Source: Calditrichaceae bacterium (lineage in GTDB: Bacteria; Calditrichota; Calditrichia; Calditrichales; JBFXGD01). Taken from it: DNA of 64,000 bases. The notes under the pieces were generated by a model, which saw only the letters and a list, made by a program, of their open reading frames with translations, ran no database searches and had not been told where the DNA came from. The translations under genes and the position numbers were made by a program. The stretch covers positions 64,001 through 128,000 of the forward strand of contig JBFXLE010000004.1 of assembly GCA_050173015.1 (NCBI GenBank), read 5' to 3'. Below, in pieces: positions 20,106 through 30,267 of the stretch (its first letter is position 1; every line of letters starts with the position of its first letter).

Positions 20106-20243
20106 AATAATAATGAACAAAGGATAGTTTGGACAATAATTAAAAAGGAAGCATCCCCGGTGATTTACACCGCCGCGGCGGGTTGATGATCAATAAAACC
20201 GGTTTAGATTAATGACAGGAGCGCAACACTGGATTCAAACTAT

Positions 20244-20729
20244 TTGACAGTATATAAATATAATGGCGCGCGTTCTATGGTTTTGCTGCATGAGCATTAT
20301 TTAAAATCACTCCTTCGGACCTGGCGGGAAGCCAAACGCGTCAATTTAGCTCTTCCGGAAACAGAAGATTCAGATTATCAATCATTGGATACGCTTCTTA
20401 AACATATTTTTAGATCGGCAAGGGGTTATATGATTTGGATGTGCGATAAATTAAATCTTCCGGATCCCGACATCAAAGCTGTACCTGAAACGGATATCAT
20501 TGAAAACGCGGCAAATGAGTATCTTGATCACCTTTTAGAAAAATGGCGTATGCCTCTGTCCGAAATAGAAGAGGATAAATTTCATTCACCGACTTTTACA
20601 TCCCGTTGGGGAGTTGAATATTGTATTGATGCCATGCTAGAGCACGCGGTGATGCATCCGATACGCCATGAATTTCAGCTAAAAACTTTGATGACTATTA
20701 ACCAAAACAAGTCAGAAAGTATTAAATAG
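20244..20729 (+). CDS. DinB/YfiT-like protein
   Basis: LLKHIF and MLEHAVMHPIRHEFQ His pattern of DinB-like four-helix bundles. Confidence 0.7.
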   Translation: MTVYKYNGARSMVLLHEHYLKSLLRTWREAKRVNLALPETEDSDYQSLDTLLKHIFRSARGYMIWMCDKLNLPDPDIKAVPETDIIENAANEYLDHLLEKWRMPLSEIEEDKFHSPTFTSRWGVEYCIDAMLEHAVMHPIRHEFQLKTLMTINQNKSESIK

Positions 20730-20780
20730 GAAAACATAAAAAACAATGGGCATTACACATCAAATGATAAGGAGTAAGAA

Positions 20781-21206
20781 ATGAAACGTAAAGCATCAGC
20801 GGTTTGGAAGGGTGGTTTAAGAGGCGGACAGGGAGCTCTGTCCACAGACAGCGGTGTACTTGCCGGGACGCAATATTCATTTAGTACACGATTTGAGAAT
20901 GGAATCGGTACAAATCCGGAAGAATTAATCGGGGCAGCCCATGCAGGTTGTTTTTCGATGGCTTTGTCTGGTCAGTTGGAAAATATGGGTTTTGCGCCGG
21001 AAAGCATCAACACACAAGCGGCCGTAAAACTCGAAAAAACGGATGCCGGTTTTACCATTACACAAATACATCTGGAAGTTAAAGCGAAAGTTCCGGGAGC
21101 AGACCAGGAAAAATTTGAAACGGCGGCAAAAAACGCTAAATCCGGATGCCCTGTATCACGGGTATTGAATGCTGAAATCACAATGACTACTATTCTCGAA
21201 TCATAA
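20781..21206 (+). CDS. osmC: OsmC family peroxiredoxin
   Basis: RKASAVWKG, GTNPEELIGAAHAGCFSMALS, AKSGCPVS. Confidence 0.95.
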   Translation: MKRKASAVWKGGLRGGQGALSTDSGVLAGTQYSFSTRFENGIGTNPEELIGAAHAGCFSMALSGQLENMGFAPESINTQAAVKLEKTDAGFTITQIHLEVKAKVPGADQEKFETAAKNAKSGCPVSRVLNAEITMTTILES

Positions 21207-21255
21207 AAAGAATAAATTAATACATACAGGACGAACCATTCAGACCTTGATTCGA

Positions 21256-21305
21256 CAGAAAGCTTATCCCGACCCGATTTTGATGGTCGGGTATGCTTTT
21301 GTCTG
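21256..21305 (+). terminator. Stem-loop downstream of osmC (putative terminator)
   Basis: CAGAAAGC..ATCCCGACC / GGTCGGGTAT GCTTTGTCTG inverted repeat. Confidence 0.5.
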
Positions 21306-21370
21306 AAAGAAGTTTATAGCAATCCGTCAAATTTCATCCGGTTCGGATCCGGGTTAAAGGAGTCTTTCGC

Positions 21371-21838
21371 TTGTTGCACATTTTTGTAGATGCGGACGCG
21401 TGTCCGGTTAAACAGGAAATCTATCGCGTCGCCAAACGATATGACCTTAATGTCACATTAGTAACAAACACATGGATGCGTGTACCGAATGAGCCATGGC
21501 TGGCGCTGGAAATTGTCGGTGACGGCCTGGACGCGGCCGATGATTGGATCGCCGAAAATGTGAAGTCAGACGATATCGTAGTCACAGCCGACATACCACT
21601 TGCCAGCCGCTGTCTGAAACAGGGAGCGCGTGTTATTGGTTCAACCGGAAAACCGTTTACCGATAGTAATATCGGTGAAGCTGTGGCGACCCGTAACCTT
21701 TTGTCCGAGCTGCGCGGCGCGGGAGAGATAACAGGCGGTCCGCCACCGCTGCAGAAGCGCGACCGGTCACGATTTCTTCAGCAGCTTGATGATGTGATTC
21801 AATCAATCCGCCGAAAGCAACGGCTCAAATCCGACTGA
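21371..21838 (+). CDS. YaiI/YqxD (DUF188) family protein
   Basis: IFVDADACPVK, DAADDWI, VVTADIPLA. Confidence 0.93.
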   Translation: MLHIFVDADACPVKQEIYRVAKRYDLNVTLVTNTWMRVPNEPWLALEIVGDGLDAADDWIAENVKSDDIVVTADIPLASRCLKQGARVIGSTGKPFTDSNIGEAVATRNLLSELRGAGEITGGPPPLQKRDRSRFLQQLDDVIQSIRRKQRLKSD

Positions 21839-22198
21839 TCACCGGATCCTCCAGGACGTTTGTCCGAAAACAGATAGCTGCCGTAAAAATCTGTTCACTA
21901 ATGTTTCTGCTGTTTTGCTGACCTTTTTATCACTAATTCTATTACGACGGAATTCCCCTTTTTTACTTTTTTATCAATATAAATAATAACATTTCCATAA
22001 CTTTCCGTATTGTCTTTAATGATAAAATATATGTGGCACCGATGGCTGCAGATAGATGGTCTGTTGAGCCCGGTAATAGACTTGTTGGCTCGTCTGTGAC
22101 ATGAAAGCAGGTAACTGGAAAATTATTTTCCACTCTCCTAATCCCGAGAAATATTATGCCGATTATCCATGATGAAATAATCATTAGGGAGGTAATTC

Positions 22199-22870
22199 AT
22201 GCGTTATGGTGTTCTTTTAATTCTTGGATTATTTGTTTTTCTGAGTTCCTGTGCAACGGTACCCCCGCCTTCGGAAATTGACGATGAAACGGATCTTGTC
22301 CTGGATCTGCCGCCGTATTCCGGTGAGAAACTTACCATCGCGGTCCTCGATTTGCAAAACCAAACCGAATTTGACGACCCGAGAATCGGCCGGGGAGTCG
22401 CCAACATGTTAGTAACCGCGCTGGTAAATTCCGATCGTTTTACCGTAGTGGAGCGAAATTCTGAAGCGATTCAAAAACTGCTGGAAGAACAGGCGCTCGG
22501 GTTAAGCGGAGTGGTGGACGCGGCTACAGCAGCCAAAGTGGGTAAAATGTTAGGAGCGAAAGGTGTAGTCATCGGGGAAGTCAGCGAATTCGGTATTCGA
22601 AAAACCGGAGCTTTCGTGGGAGTCGGGGGGCAAAAAACCATTACAACCAGGGTTGTCATTGACGCGCGCATGGTGGATGTGGAAACAGGAAGAATTATGA
22701 TGGCTTCCCCGGGTATTGGTAAAAGCAGAACAAGCACTTCGGGAATCGCTCTGACATTCGAATTCGGAACAACCGGATTTGACGAAACGACTATCGGTAT
22801 GGCCACCAGGAAAGCGGTAAACCAGATTGTCAAAAAATTTGCCATGACATTCAACCCGACTAATATTTAA
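22199..22870 (+). CDS. CsgG/HfaB family lipoprotein
   Basis: Lipobox LSSC; LVNSDRFTVVER, EQAL, AAKVGKMLGA, IDARMVDVETG. Confidence 0.88.
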   Translation: MRYGVLLILGLFVFLSSCATVPPPSEIDDETDLVLDLPPYSGEKLTIAVLDLQNQTEFDDPRIGRGVANMLVTALVNSDRFTVVERNSEAIQKLLEEQALGLSGVVDAATAAKVGKMLGAKGVVIGEVSEFGIRKTGAFVGVGGQKTITTRVVIDARMVDVETGRIMMASPGIGKSRTSTSGIALTFEFGTTGFDETTIGMATRKAVNQIVKKFAMTFNPTNI

Positions 22871-22919
22871 TGTTAGTGTCTCAATAAAGACACTATTGAT
22901 TTAATTTCATGGAGGATGT

Positions 22920-23825
22920 ATGAAAAGGACTATTTTGTATTTTCTTCTGTTTTTAACGATTGGTTTTATGACTGTTCACGCGGATGACAACACTACGGAT
23001 TTTAAGATTACCCCGCCGCCGGTATCATGTATCAAGTTTTTTCCAGGAGTAAAACAGTTCTCAGTCACGGGTATTTATTATAAAATGGGAGAACTTGAGG
23101 GTCAGACGGGATCCAGTGACAGTCCCGTCGCGTACGGGTTTAACGCGAATTACGCGTTTTCCTCTCCTAGTACCTTATTTGGAGCTCAAAACGGTGGAAT
23201 CATTACTTTCTCTTATATGAGAATCACCATGCCGGCGGGTGCTTCCGAAATTTATGATGAGGATATAAATACCAATTCTTTTAATTTGGGTTATACCGCG
23301 GTGTTGGATCTGATTAACGGGGAGAAAAGAGATATTGCCGGAGAAATAATCGCGCTCAAACCCACATGGGCGGTGTTTTTTGGCAGCTCTATCAATTACT
23401 TCAGTCTGAACATGGGGCCTTTGTATCAGGCATTCGGGCATTCACAGGATATCAAAGCCATAAACCTTATAACGAGTCTTTCTTTGGGCTCGGCTGCTGA
23501 TTTTCCTATCGGATCCCATATTGCCCTGGTCCCATTTATCCGTTATACAATGAATATAGCGCAAACCATTATGGATGTGCCTGAACCATTTAATCCTGAT
23601 AAGCTATACTCGGAAACTTATACATCAGACTACAGTTATCTGGATTATGGTATGGATATCGATGTCAGGCCTTTCAGCAATTCACCGGACTGGATCATCA
23701 GTCTGGGAACTGCAATGGCCCAGGTGGAAGGAATGAAAAACGGTAATCTTCTCATCACTTTGGGCATCAAACATGAAATTGGCAAGTACTACAGCAGCAC
23801 AACGGTAGGACCCGCGCTTCATTAA
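22920..23825 (+). CDS. Hypothetical exported protein, probable outer-membrane beta-barrel
   Basis: Signal peptide; alternating aromatic/polar beta-strand patterns; RBS GGAGG. Confidence 0.55.
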   Translation: MKRTILYFLLFLTIGFMTVHADDNTTDFKITPPPVSCIKFFPGVKQFSVTGIYYKMGELEGQTGSSDSPVAYGFNANYAFSSPSTLFGAQNGGIITFSYMRITMPAGASEIYDEDINTNSFNLGYTAVLDLINGEKRDIAGEIIALKPTWAVFFGSSINYFSLNMGPLYQAFGHSQDIKAINLITSLSLGSAADFPIGSHIALVPFIRYTMNIAQTIMDVPEPFNPDKLYSETYTSDYSYLDYGMDIDVRPFSNSPDWIISLGTAMAQVEGMKNGNLLITLGIKHEIGKYYSSTTVGPALH

Positions 23826-23844
23826 TTCCATGATCCCATTCAAA

Positions 23845-23886
23845 AATCATACCCTCCAGCCATCTTGGTCGGAGGGGTATGATTTA
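23845..23886 (+). terminator. Rho-independent terminator
   Basis: AATCATACCCTCC ... GGAGGGGTATGATT inverted repeat right after the CDS. Confidence 0.65.
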
Positions 23887-24127
23887 TTCAATTCATTTAA
23901 GTGATTTCGAAAAATTATTTGATTTCCATTTTTTAAGTTAACCGGATTTACATCTACCAATTATTTGATCATTTGCTAAATGAAACCGGAATTATTCCCT
24001 AAGATTTAATAGTTAAACAGACAAAAGCCTGTGTCCGGATTCTTGTGATGTTTTGTAAAAATCAAAGTTGGAATCAGGTCTTAGCGCGGCGAAGAATGGT
24101 TAAATTATTTTTATCAGGGGATAAATT

Positions 24128-25213
24128 ATGTCTGAGAAAATCCGTTTTACAGAACAGACAGGTTTCTATCAGGAACTGAGGTCACGGGTCAATGAGTATT
24201 TCACACAGAACAAACTGACACAAACCGGAGGATGGCGCATCTTTTTAAAAGGCTCCATCATCTTTTCACTCTTTATTACATCTTATGTTTTACTTGTGTT
24301 TTTTACGACCTCATGGATAATGGCGATTATTTCAGCTTTTGTTCTTGCCCAGGGATTCGCCCTGATAGGCTTTAATATTATGCATGACAGTGTGCACGGC
24401 AGTTTTTCAAAAAACAAAAAACTAAATAAAACGCTTGGTTATACCCTGGATTTGATCGGCGGAAGCAAAAGGTTGTGGTATCATAAACACAATATTTTAC
24501 ACCATACTTATACAAATATTGCCGGGGTGGACATGGATTTGGATTCAAACGGTCTGCTGAGATTAAGCCCAAACCAAAAATGGCGCCCCTGGCACCGGTT
24601 ACAGTTTTTATATGCTTTTCCCATGTACAGCTTATTAACACTTTCGATGATTACTTTTACCGATTTTCATAAATTCTTTAACGGCCGCATAGGAAATTAT
24701 AAACTGCCAAAGCCATCCGCCGGTGAAACAACACTCTTTTTATTAGCTAAGATTTTCTATTTTGTATATACTTTGATAATCCCACTGTTTTTTAACCCGT
24801 TTCTGTATGTAATCGGTGTTTTTTTACTGGTTCATCTCATTCTTGGATTCACATTTTCTATCGTTTTTCAGCTTGCCCACACGGTTGATGAGAATGAATT
24901 TCCGGTTGTTGATAATGAAAGCGGAATAATAGAAAATGAGTGGGCTATTCACCAGGCTCAGACAACGGCAAATTTTTCACCTAAAAGCCGACTGGCGAAT
25001 TGGTATCTCGGAGGATTAAATTTTCAGATTGAACATCATTTATTTGCTAGAATTAGTCATGTGCATTACCGGAAGATCAGCAGGATTGTCCAAAATGTCT
25101 GCACTGATTTCGGTATAAAATATACATCCTATTCCAATATTTTCAAGGCGATAATGGTTCACTGGAAATGGCTTTATATGATGGGCAAAAAACCGGCTCT
25201 TATCGTCGAATAG
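24128..25213 (+). CDS. Membrane fatty acid (acyl-CoA) desaturase
   Basis: Three His boxes HDSVH, HNILHH, QIEHH. Confidence 0.95.
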   Translation: MSEKIRFTEQTGFYQELRSRVNEYFTQNKLTQTGGWRIFLKGSIIFSLFITSYVLLVFFTTSWIMAIISAFVLAQGFALIGFNIMHDSVHGSFSKNKKLNKTLGYTLDLIGGSKRLWYHKHNILHHTYTNIAGVDMDLDSNGLLRLSPNQKWRPWHRLQFLYAFPMYSLLTLSMITFTDFHKFFNGRIGNYKLPKPSAGETTLFLLAKIFYFVYTLIIPLFFNPFLYVIGVFLLVHLILGFTFSIVFQLAHTVDENEFPVVDNESGIIENEWAIHQAQTTANFSPKSRLANWYLGGLNFQIEHHLFARISHVHYRKISRIVQNVCTDFGIKYTSYSNIFKAIMVHWKWLYMMGKKPALIVE

Positions 25214-25221
25214 TTAATAAA

Positions 25222-25251
25222 GAAGGGGTGTTCATTTTGGAATATCCCTTC
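25222..25251 (+). terminator. Putative terminator hairpin after the desaturase
   Basis: GAAGGGGTGTTC ... GAATATCCCTTC. Confidence 0.45.
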
Positions 25252-25733
25252 ATCTTTTCCTAATGCGCGGGTATATTAATCGATGTTGATAAGCCGAACT
25301 TCTGCGGTGAATTTAAACCGGATTGCGGTATTATTTCCATTCCTCAGCCAATTTGTTCCGGCATTAACGCGTGATGGTAGTTTATAAAGGCCTGCTGTCA
25401 CTTTCTTGTAAAAAGCATACCCATTTATCTAATTTAGATTTGAGCTCCTAATTTCTTAAGATGATTATCAGATAGCTCATTCTGCTCAGTTAACCGCACA
25501 GTTTGTAAATCGTAAGCAATCTTTTATTTTTAATATTTAGATGTTTAGAAATGAAATTATGTATATTATATCCGCAAATTAGAGTGTGATGATGTGAATA
25601 AGATCTGCGCGCCCGTGGTATGTGGATGGTGATGCGTTTTGGTTCGCTTTCTTTTTAAATAGAGATTATTTTCAGATATGAACATGGATGGCCGTTCTAA
25701 TCATGTTTCATTTTACAGAAAAGACATCCTGCT

Positions 25734-27911
25734 ATGATAAAGAAAACGTTTGGAACATTTGCCGGGGTATTTACACCTACAACATTAACGATTTTAGGTG
25801 TAATAATGTACATCAGACAACCCTGGGTTGTTGGAAATGCCGGCATTGTTGGGGCTTTGATGATCGTATTACTGTCTGTGGCAATCACCTTTACTACGGC
25901 CCTGAGCTTGTCTTCCATCACTACCAATGTCAGAATTGGCGCGGGCGGCGCTTTCAGTTTAATATCGCAATCGCTTGGTCTCGAAATTGGCGGGGCGATC
26001 GGCATTCCATTTTACTTCGCCCAGGCCATTGCCGTGGCCATGTATATTTTTGGATTCAGGGAAGGTCTTCAAACGCTTACTCCTGATGCCAGTCCTTTGC
26101 TTCTCGATATGGCTGTTTTTGTTTTGGTGATGATCATTGCTTTCATAAGTACAAGCTTTGCGTTTAAAATTCAATATGTCATTTTAGGTGTTATCGCTCT
26201 GTCATTAGTCTCAATATACGGCGCCTTATTTGTGAATGAGCTGAATTATAATGTCGAGTGGTTTGGTAAATATCCCGGGTCTGTTGAAAATAATTTTAGC
26301 GGTTCATCATTTTGGGGCGTGTTTGCCGTATTCTTTCCGGCAGTGACAGGCGTTATGGCCGGTTCCAATATGTCCGGTGATCTGACCAATCCAAGGAAAA
26401 GTATTCCGTATGGTACCATCTCTTCAGTCATTATTACCACGATTATTTACATCAGTTTAATTTTTGTCGCGGCCGTACTGGCAACGCCTGATGAATTATC
26501 ACAAAACTACAATCTGTTTATTGATAAAGCCCTATTCAGTCCAATTGTGTTGGCGGGTCTATTAGGCGCGACACTTTCATCAGCGCTTGGCTCTTTCGTC
26601 GGTGCGCCGAGAATCTTGCTGGCATTGGGAGAAAAAAATATTCTTCCTGAAAGCCATAAACTAGCCAAAACTTCAAAAAGAGGTGAACCGGTCAATGCGA
26701 TGCTGGTAACAGCAGTCATTGTTTTAGTCGGAATTTCGCTCAGAGACTTAAATACGATAGCACCTCTGTTAACCATGTTTTTTATGATCACCTACGCGAT
26801 GGTGAATGTTGTTGTGCTGGTGGAACAAACACTGGCATTGCCCAGCTACCGGCCAACATTAAAAGTCCCAATCGTGATACCGACGATTGGCGCTTTCGGT
26901 TCGATTGCGATAATGTTTGTTATGAATGTGATCGTGGCGTTGTTTTCGTTAATATTTATTGTGTTTTTTTATTTTTATCTGGTGAAAAAAAATATCAAAT
27001 CAGCAGCGGGCGACTCGCGTAGCGGGTTATTTACCGCCCTGGCGGAATGGGCCACTAAAAAGACGAATAACCTGCGTCCGCAAAGAGAAGTGAGATCATG
27101 GCGTCCCGATTTACTCATACCTATGACTATGCCAAAAGATATAAGAAGTTCTTTTAAACTTATTCAGTCAATTGTCTCCCCGAAAGGTTCCATTAAAATT
27201 TTAGTTCTCAGAAATGAAAATGAATCTGAACAAAGAAATATGGAAAGTTTCCTTAAAAATGCAATTCAAAAATTTAAAGAAAGTGAATTGCCTGTGTCTT
27301 TTACGGTAATTGATAATACTGATTTTAATAATACCATAAATATCAGCATGCAGTCCTTAAACGCCGCGTTTTTTAAGCCAAACGTTCTTTTTATCACTGT
27401 TGACGCAGCAAATTCTAATAAGGACTATTATGACAGACTTTTGATAGACGCCAAAAAAAATAACTTTGGCGTGATTATATACGTGCCATTTTCAACCGCC
27501 GGTTTAGCTATCGAAAAAAATATTAATTTATGGATGACCAACATACCGGCCGATTGGAAGGAGACCTTTAGCGTTAAAAATAATGATTTATCGACGCTGG
27601 TCTCCATACTGATTTGCCGGAATTGGAAGGGATCTATTGATGTACACCTTTTAAATAATGATCCTCTGCTGGCAATTACAGATGAAGATATTGAAGACTT
27701 TCGGGTGATGGTTAGGTTTCCAAGTAAGACGACAATTGACGTTAAAACCGGCAATTTGATTGAAAATGTTAAAAAAGAACGAAATACCGATATAAATATT
27801 ATTAACATTGATCAGGGTATGACTATTGATGATATGGTTAAGATTGTGATTGAATCCCGGATCTCTGCCATATTTTGCGCTGATTCAGAATACGAAAACG
27901 TTCTGGTATAA
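25734..27911 (+). CDS. Cation-chloride cotransporter (SLC12)/amino acid permease family
   Basis: FGTFAGVFTPTTLTILGVIMY, GGAFSLISQSLG.EIGGAIG, FFPAVTGVMAG.NMSGDL..P.KSIP, C-terminal SWRP domain. Confidence 0.9.
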   Translation: MIKKTFGTFAGVFTPTTLTILGVIMYIRQPWVVGNAGIVGALMIVLLSVAITFTTALSLSSITTNVRIGAGGAFSLISQSLGLEIGGAIGIPFYFAQAIAVAMYIFGFREGLQTLTPDASPLLLDMAVFVLVMIIAFISTSFAFKIQYVILGVIALSLVSIYGALFVNELNYNVEWFGKYPGSVENNFSGSSFWGVFAVFFPAVTGVMAGSNMSGDLTNPRKSIPYGTISSVIITTIIYISLIFVAAVLATPDELSQNYNLFIDKALFSPIVLAGLLGATLSSALGSFVGAPRILLALGEKNILPESHKLAKTSKRGEPVNAMLVTAVIVLVGISLRDLNTIAPLLTMFFMITYAMVNVVVLVEQTLALPSYRPTLKVPIVIPTIGAFGSIAIMFVMNVIVALFSLIFIVFFYFYLVKKNIKSAAGDSRSGLFTALAEWATKKTNNLRPQREVRSWRPDLLIPMTMPKDIRSSFKLIQSIVSPKGSIKILVLRNENESEQRNMESFLKNAIQKFKESELPVSFTVIDNTDFNNTINISMQSLNAAFFKPNVLFITVDAANSNKDYYDRLLIDAKKNNFGVIIYVPFSTAGLAIEKNINLWMTNIPADWKETFSVKNNDLSTLVSILICRNWKGSIDVHLLNNDPLLAITDEDIEDFRVMVRFPSKTTIDVKTGNLIENVKKERNTDINIINIDQGMTIDDMVKIVIESRISAIFCADSEYENVLV

Positions 27912-27961
27912 CACATAATCCGTTGCGGTAAGCTCAATATTCAGTTTAATGCGGAGTAAAC

Positions 27962-28864
27962 ATGACCTTTCAGGATCTGTACAGTCAATTAAAAGCCGCT
28001 TACAACGAATCAAACTTAAATTATATTACTACACGAATTATTGAACTGTATCGCCATAATAATGATGCGGCAATATTAAAACTTGGCAGAAAGATAAAAG
28101 AATTCGCCGAGCTCGATAGCTCAAAGGCAAATCGGCTGTTTAGCCAATTAATCTTGCTTTACCATCCCGACAAATTAAACTATTACCGGAATATGCTTGA
28201 AAAGTATCATTTGCAAAAGGATCATGAGAAATTAAGTCAGTTCACGCATATATTTATAATTCAGGAAGCCCTGAACACCTCAATTGTTCATAATAATTTT
28301 GATTATGAAAACCTTTATTATTCTCAGGTGCAATATGGGCTGGATGAAGATGATCTGAGTTCAATGGGTCAAACAGACTCATTGGAAAATGGATGGGATA
28401 ATGAGGTTGCCGCGGTGCCCGATGATCGTTTTATTGATTTTCTCAGGGCTTTTCAGAATCAAGAAAACATAGATTTTAATATTAACTCTCCTGATTTTAT
28501 CCTGGAACAGCTGGTGGGGGAACTTGATTTGTCTGATTCAAATATTGGTGATCTAAAAGGCGTGGAATACTGTAAAAATATTACATCCATAGATCTTTCC
28601 CGCAATCAAATAATTGATATTTCAGAACTAAGTGAGCTGGTGAACCTGGAGTCTGTTTATCTTTCAAATAACTATATTTCCGATATTTTCATTTTATCAA
28701 ACCTGATAAATTTAAAATATATCGATCTGTCTTTTAATGACATGTCTGATATAGAGCCGTTAATGGATCTGGATAAGCTTGAATATTTAAATGTCATCGG
28801 CAATGTGGTCCCGGTTGAACAAATCAATAGAATGCGAAAGAGAGGCGTAGTCGTTATTGACTAA
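27962..28864 (+). CDS. Leucine-rich repeat protein with N-terminal J-domain-like HPD motif
   Basis: LILLYHPDKL; LRRs LDLSDSNIGDL, IDLSRNQIIDI, VYLSNNYISDI, IDLSFNDMSDI, LNVIGN. Confidence 0.8.
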   Translation: MTFQDLYSQLKAAYNESNLNYITTRIIELYRHNNDAAILKLGRKIKEFAELDSSKANRLFSQLILLYHPDKLNYYRNMLEKYHLQKDHEKLSQFTHIFIIQEALNTSIVHNNFDYENLYYSQVQYGLDEDDLSSMGQTDSLENGWDNEVAAVPDDRFIDFLRAFQNQENIDFNINSPDFILEQLVGELDLSDSNIGDLKGVEYCKNITSIDLSRNQIIDISELSELVNLESVYLSNNYISDIFILSNLINLKYIDLSFNDMSDIEPLMDLDKLEYLNVIGNVVPVEQINRMRKRGVVVID

Positions 28865-28956
28865 ACCAATCTATTGATCTTTCTTCAACAATGTCTGAAA
28901 AAGGCAGTAAATTTTATTGGCTGCTGTAAATTTCCAATACAATTTCGATTTGTTTC

Positions 28957-29607
28957 ATGAATATTGAGGGAATAATGATTTTATCCGCCATCTCTGTTCT
29001 GGTTATAATCACGGCTATCTTACATATCATTGCCGATTATAAAAAACAACGATATCAAACTTATATATTTAAACCGCTGACCATTGGTTTGATTATTTTG
29101 ATCGCGTTTATTCAACCGGCCGAGGTTTCTCCGGCTTACCGATATCTGATTATTGCCGGTTTATTCTTTGCTTTTATCGGTGATATTTTTTTGATGCTGC
29201 CTTCGGATCGATTTCTATTTGGGCTGTCCAGTTTTTTTGTTACTCATGTTTTTTACATCGTTGCTTTTTTAAGTGATTCAAGTTTCCCGGTAAGTTATAT
29301 ATACCTCATACCGGGTTTAATTTTGAGCGTCGTCTTTTTAAAAATATTACTTCCTCATGCGCGTCTGAAAACAGTCCCGGTTATAATATATTCCATGATC
29401 CTGGTGTTTTTGCTCTGGCAGGCGACCGGCCGGATGGAAGAGATGTTTACACATAGTTCAATCATCGCGTTGATCGGAACACTCTTATTTGTTTTTTCTG
29501 ATGTCGTTTTGGCATATAACCGGTTTGTGAGAAAATTCAGGAGCGCGCAATTAATCATTTTGAGCACATACTATACAGCCCAATTATTGATCGCTTATTC
29601 TGTATAG
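28957..29607 (+). CDS. YhhN family lysoplasmalogenase
   Basis: IFKPL, GDIFLML, FFVTHVFY, LFVFSDVVLA, STYYTAQ. Confidence 0.92.
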   Translation: MNIEGIMILSAISVLVIITAILHIIADYKKQRYQTYIFKPLTIGLIILIAFIQPAEVSPAYRYLIIAGLFFAFIGDIFLMLPSDRFLFGLSSFFVTHVFYIVAFLSDSSFPVSYIYLIPGLILSVVFLKILLPHARLKTVPVIIYSMILVFLLWQATGRMEEMFTHSSIIALIGTLLFVFSDVVLAYNRFVRKFRSAQLIILSTYYTAQLLIAYSV

Positions 29608-29831
29608 TATTTTTCTTTACTTAAAGATAAAGAATATGACCAATGAAAGGATTTCAGATGATTAAATATGGAAATGGTATCTGTTTTTTAGATTGTTTTC
29701 GACGAGATGGCGGTGTTCAATGCCTGTAAAACAGTGTCATCCGGTCTGTTTGCAATAGACAATTAAATTCCAGACAACGATCACCCTAATTTTTTATTTT
29801 TTTCTTGACTTCATAATTTTTTTTAATATCT

Positions 29832-29851
29832 TCTACTATAAAAATAGTAGA
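29832..29851 (+). promoter_or_regulatory. Putative BlaI-family operator
   Basis: Perfect 8-4-8 inverted repeat TCTACTAT-AAAA-ATAGTAGA just downstream of TTGACT(29805)-N16-TATCTT and just upstream of the blaI-like gene. Confidence 0.7.
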
Positions 29852-29868
29852 TAAACTATGGCAATAGG

Positions 29869-30267
29869 ATGATTGTTATGAAAGAAGTGAATCAAAATCT
29901 TACACCCCTCGAATGGGAGATTATGGATATCATCTGGGAACTTAAAAAAAGCCTGTCCGTACGTGAAGTTTTGGAAACAGCCTATCCTGACGGTAATAAG
30001 GCTTATACCACTGTTCAAACTGTGATGAACAATCTTGAAGCAAAGGGCTTCCTCAAAAAAGAAAAAATTGGACTTGTAAATTTTTATAAACCGCTCATCT
30101 TTCATAAAGATATGCTCAGAAAAGAAACATCTCAGTTTGTGAAACGGGTGTTCGGCGGTTCATTTCCGGGGCTTGTTAATTATCTGATTGACTCCAAGGC
30201 GCTAACAGAAGAGGAAATCAACGACCTGAAAAAACTCATCGCCGAAAAGGGAGAGGGAGAATCGTGA
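29869..30267 (+). CDS. BlaI/MecI/CopY family transcriptional repressor
   Basis: LTPLEWEIMDIIW, AYTTVQTVMNNLEAKGFL, VFGGS. Confidence 0.95.
   Translation: MIVMKEVNQNLTPLEWEIMDIIWELKKSLSVREVLETAYPDGNKAYTTVQTVMNNLEAKGFLKKEKIGLVNFYKPLIFHKDMLRKETSQFVKRVFGGSFPGLVNYLIDSKALTEEEINDLKKLIAEKGEGES

Noticed and set aside
22020-22198. Possible riboswitch or sigma54 promoter upstream of the csgG-like gene (TGGCAC..., GAGCC/GGCTC stem)
   Set aside because: -24/-12 spacing is off by one and no recognisable riboswitch consensus
25255-25430. Possible gene remnant on the - strand between the desaturase and the transporter
   Set aside because: Manual translation gave only short frames with no recognisable motif
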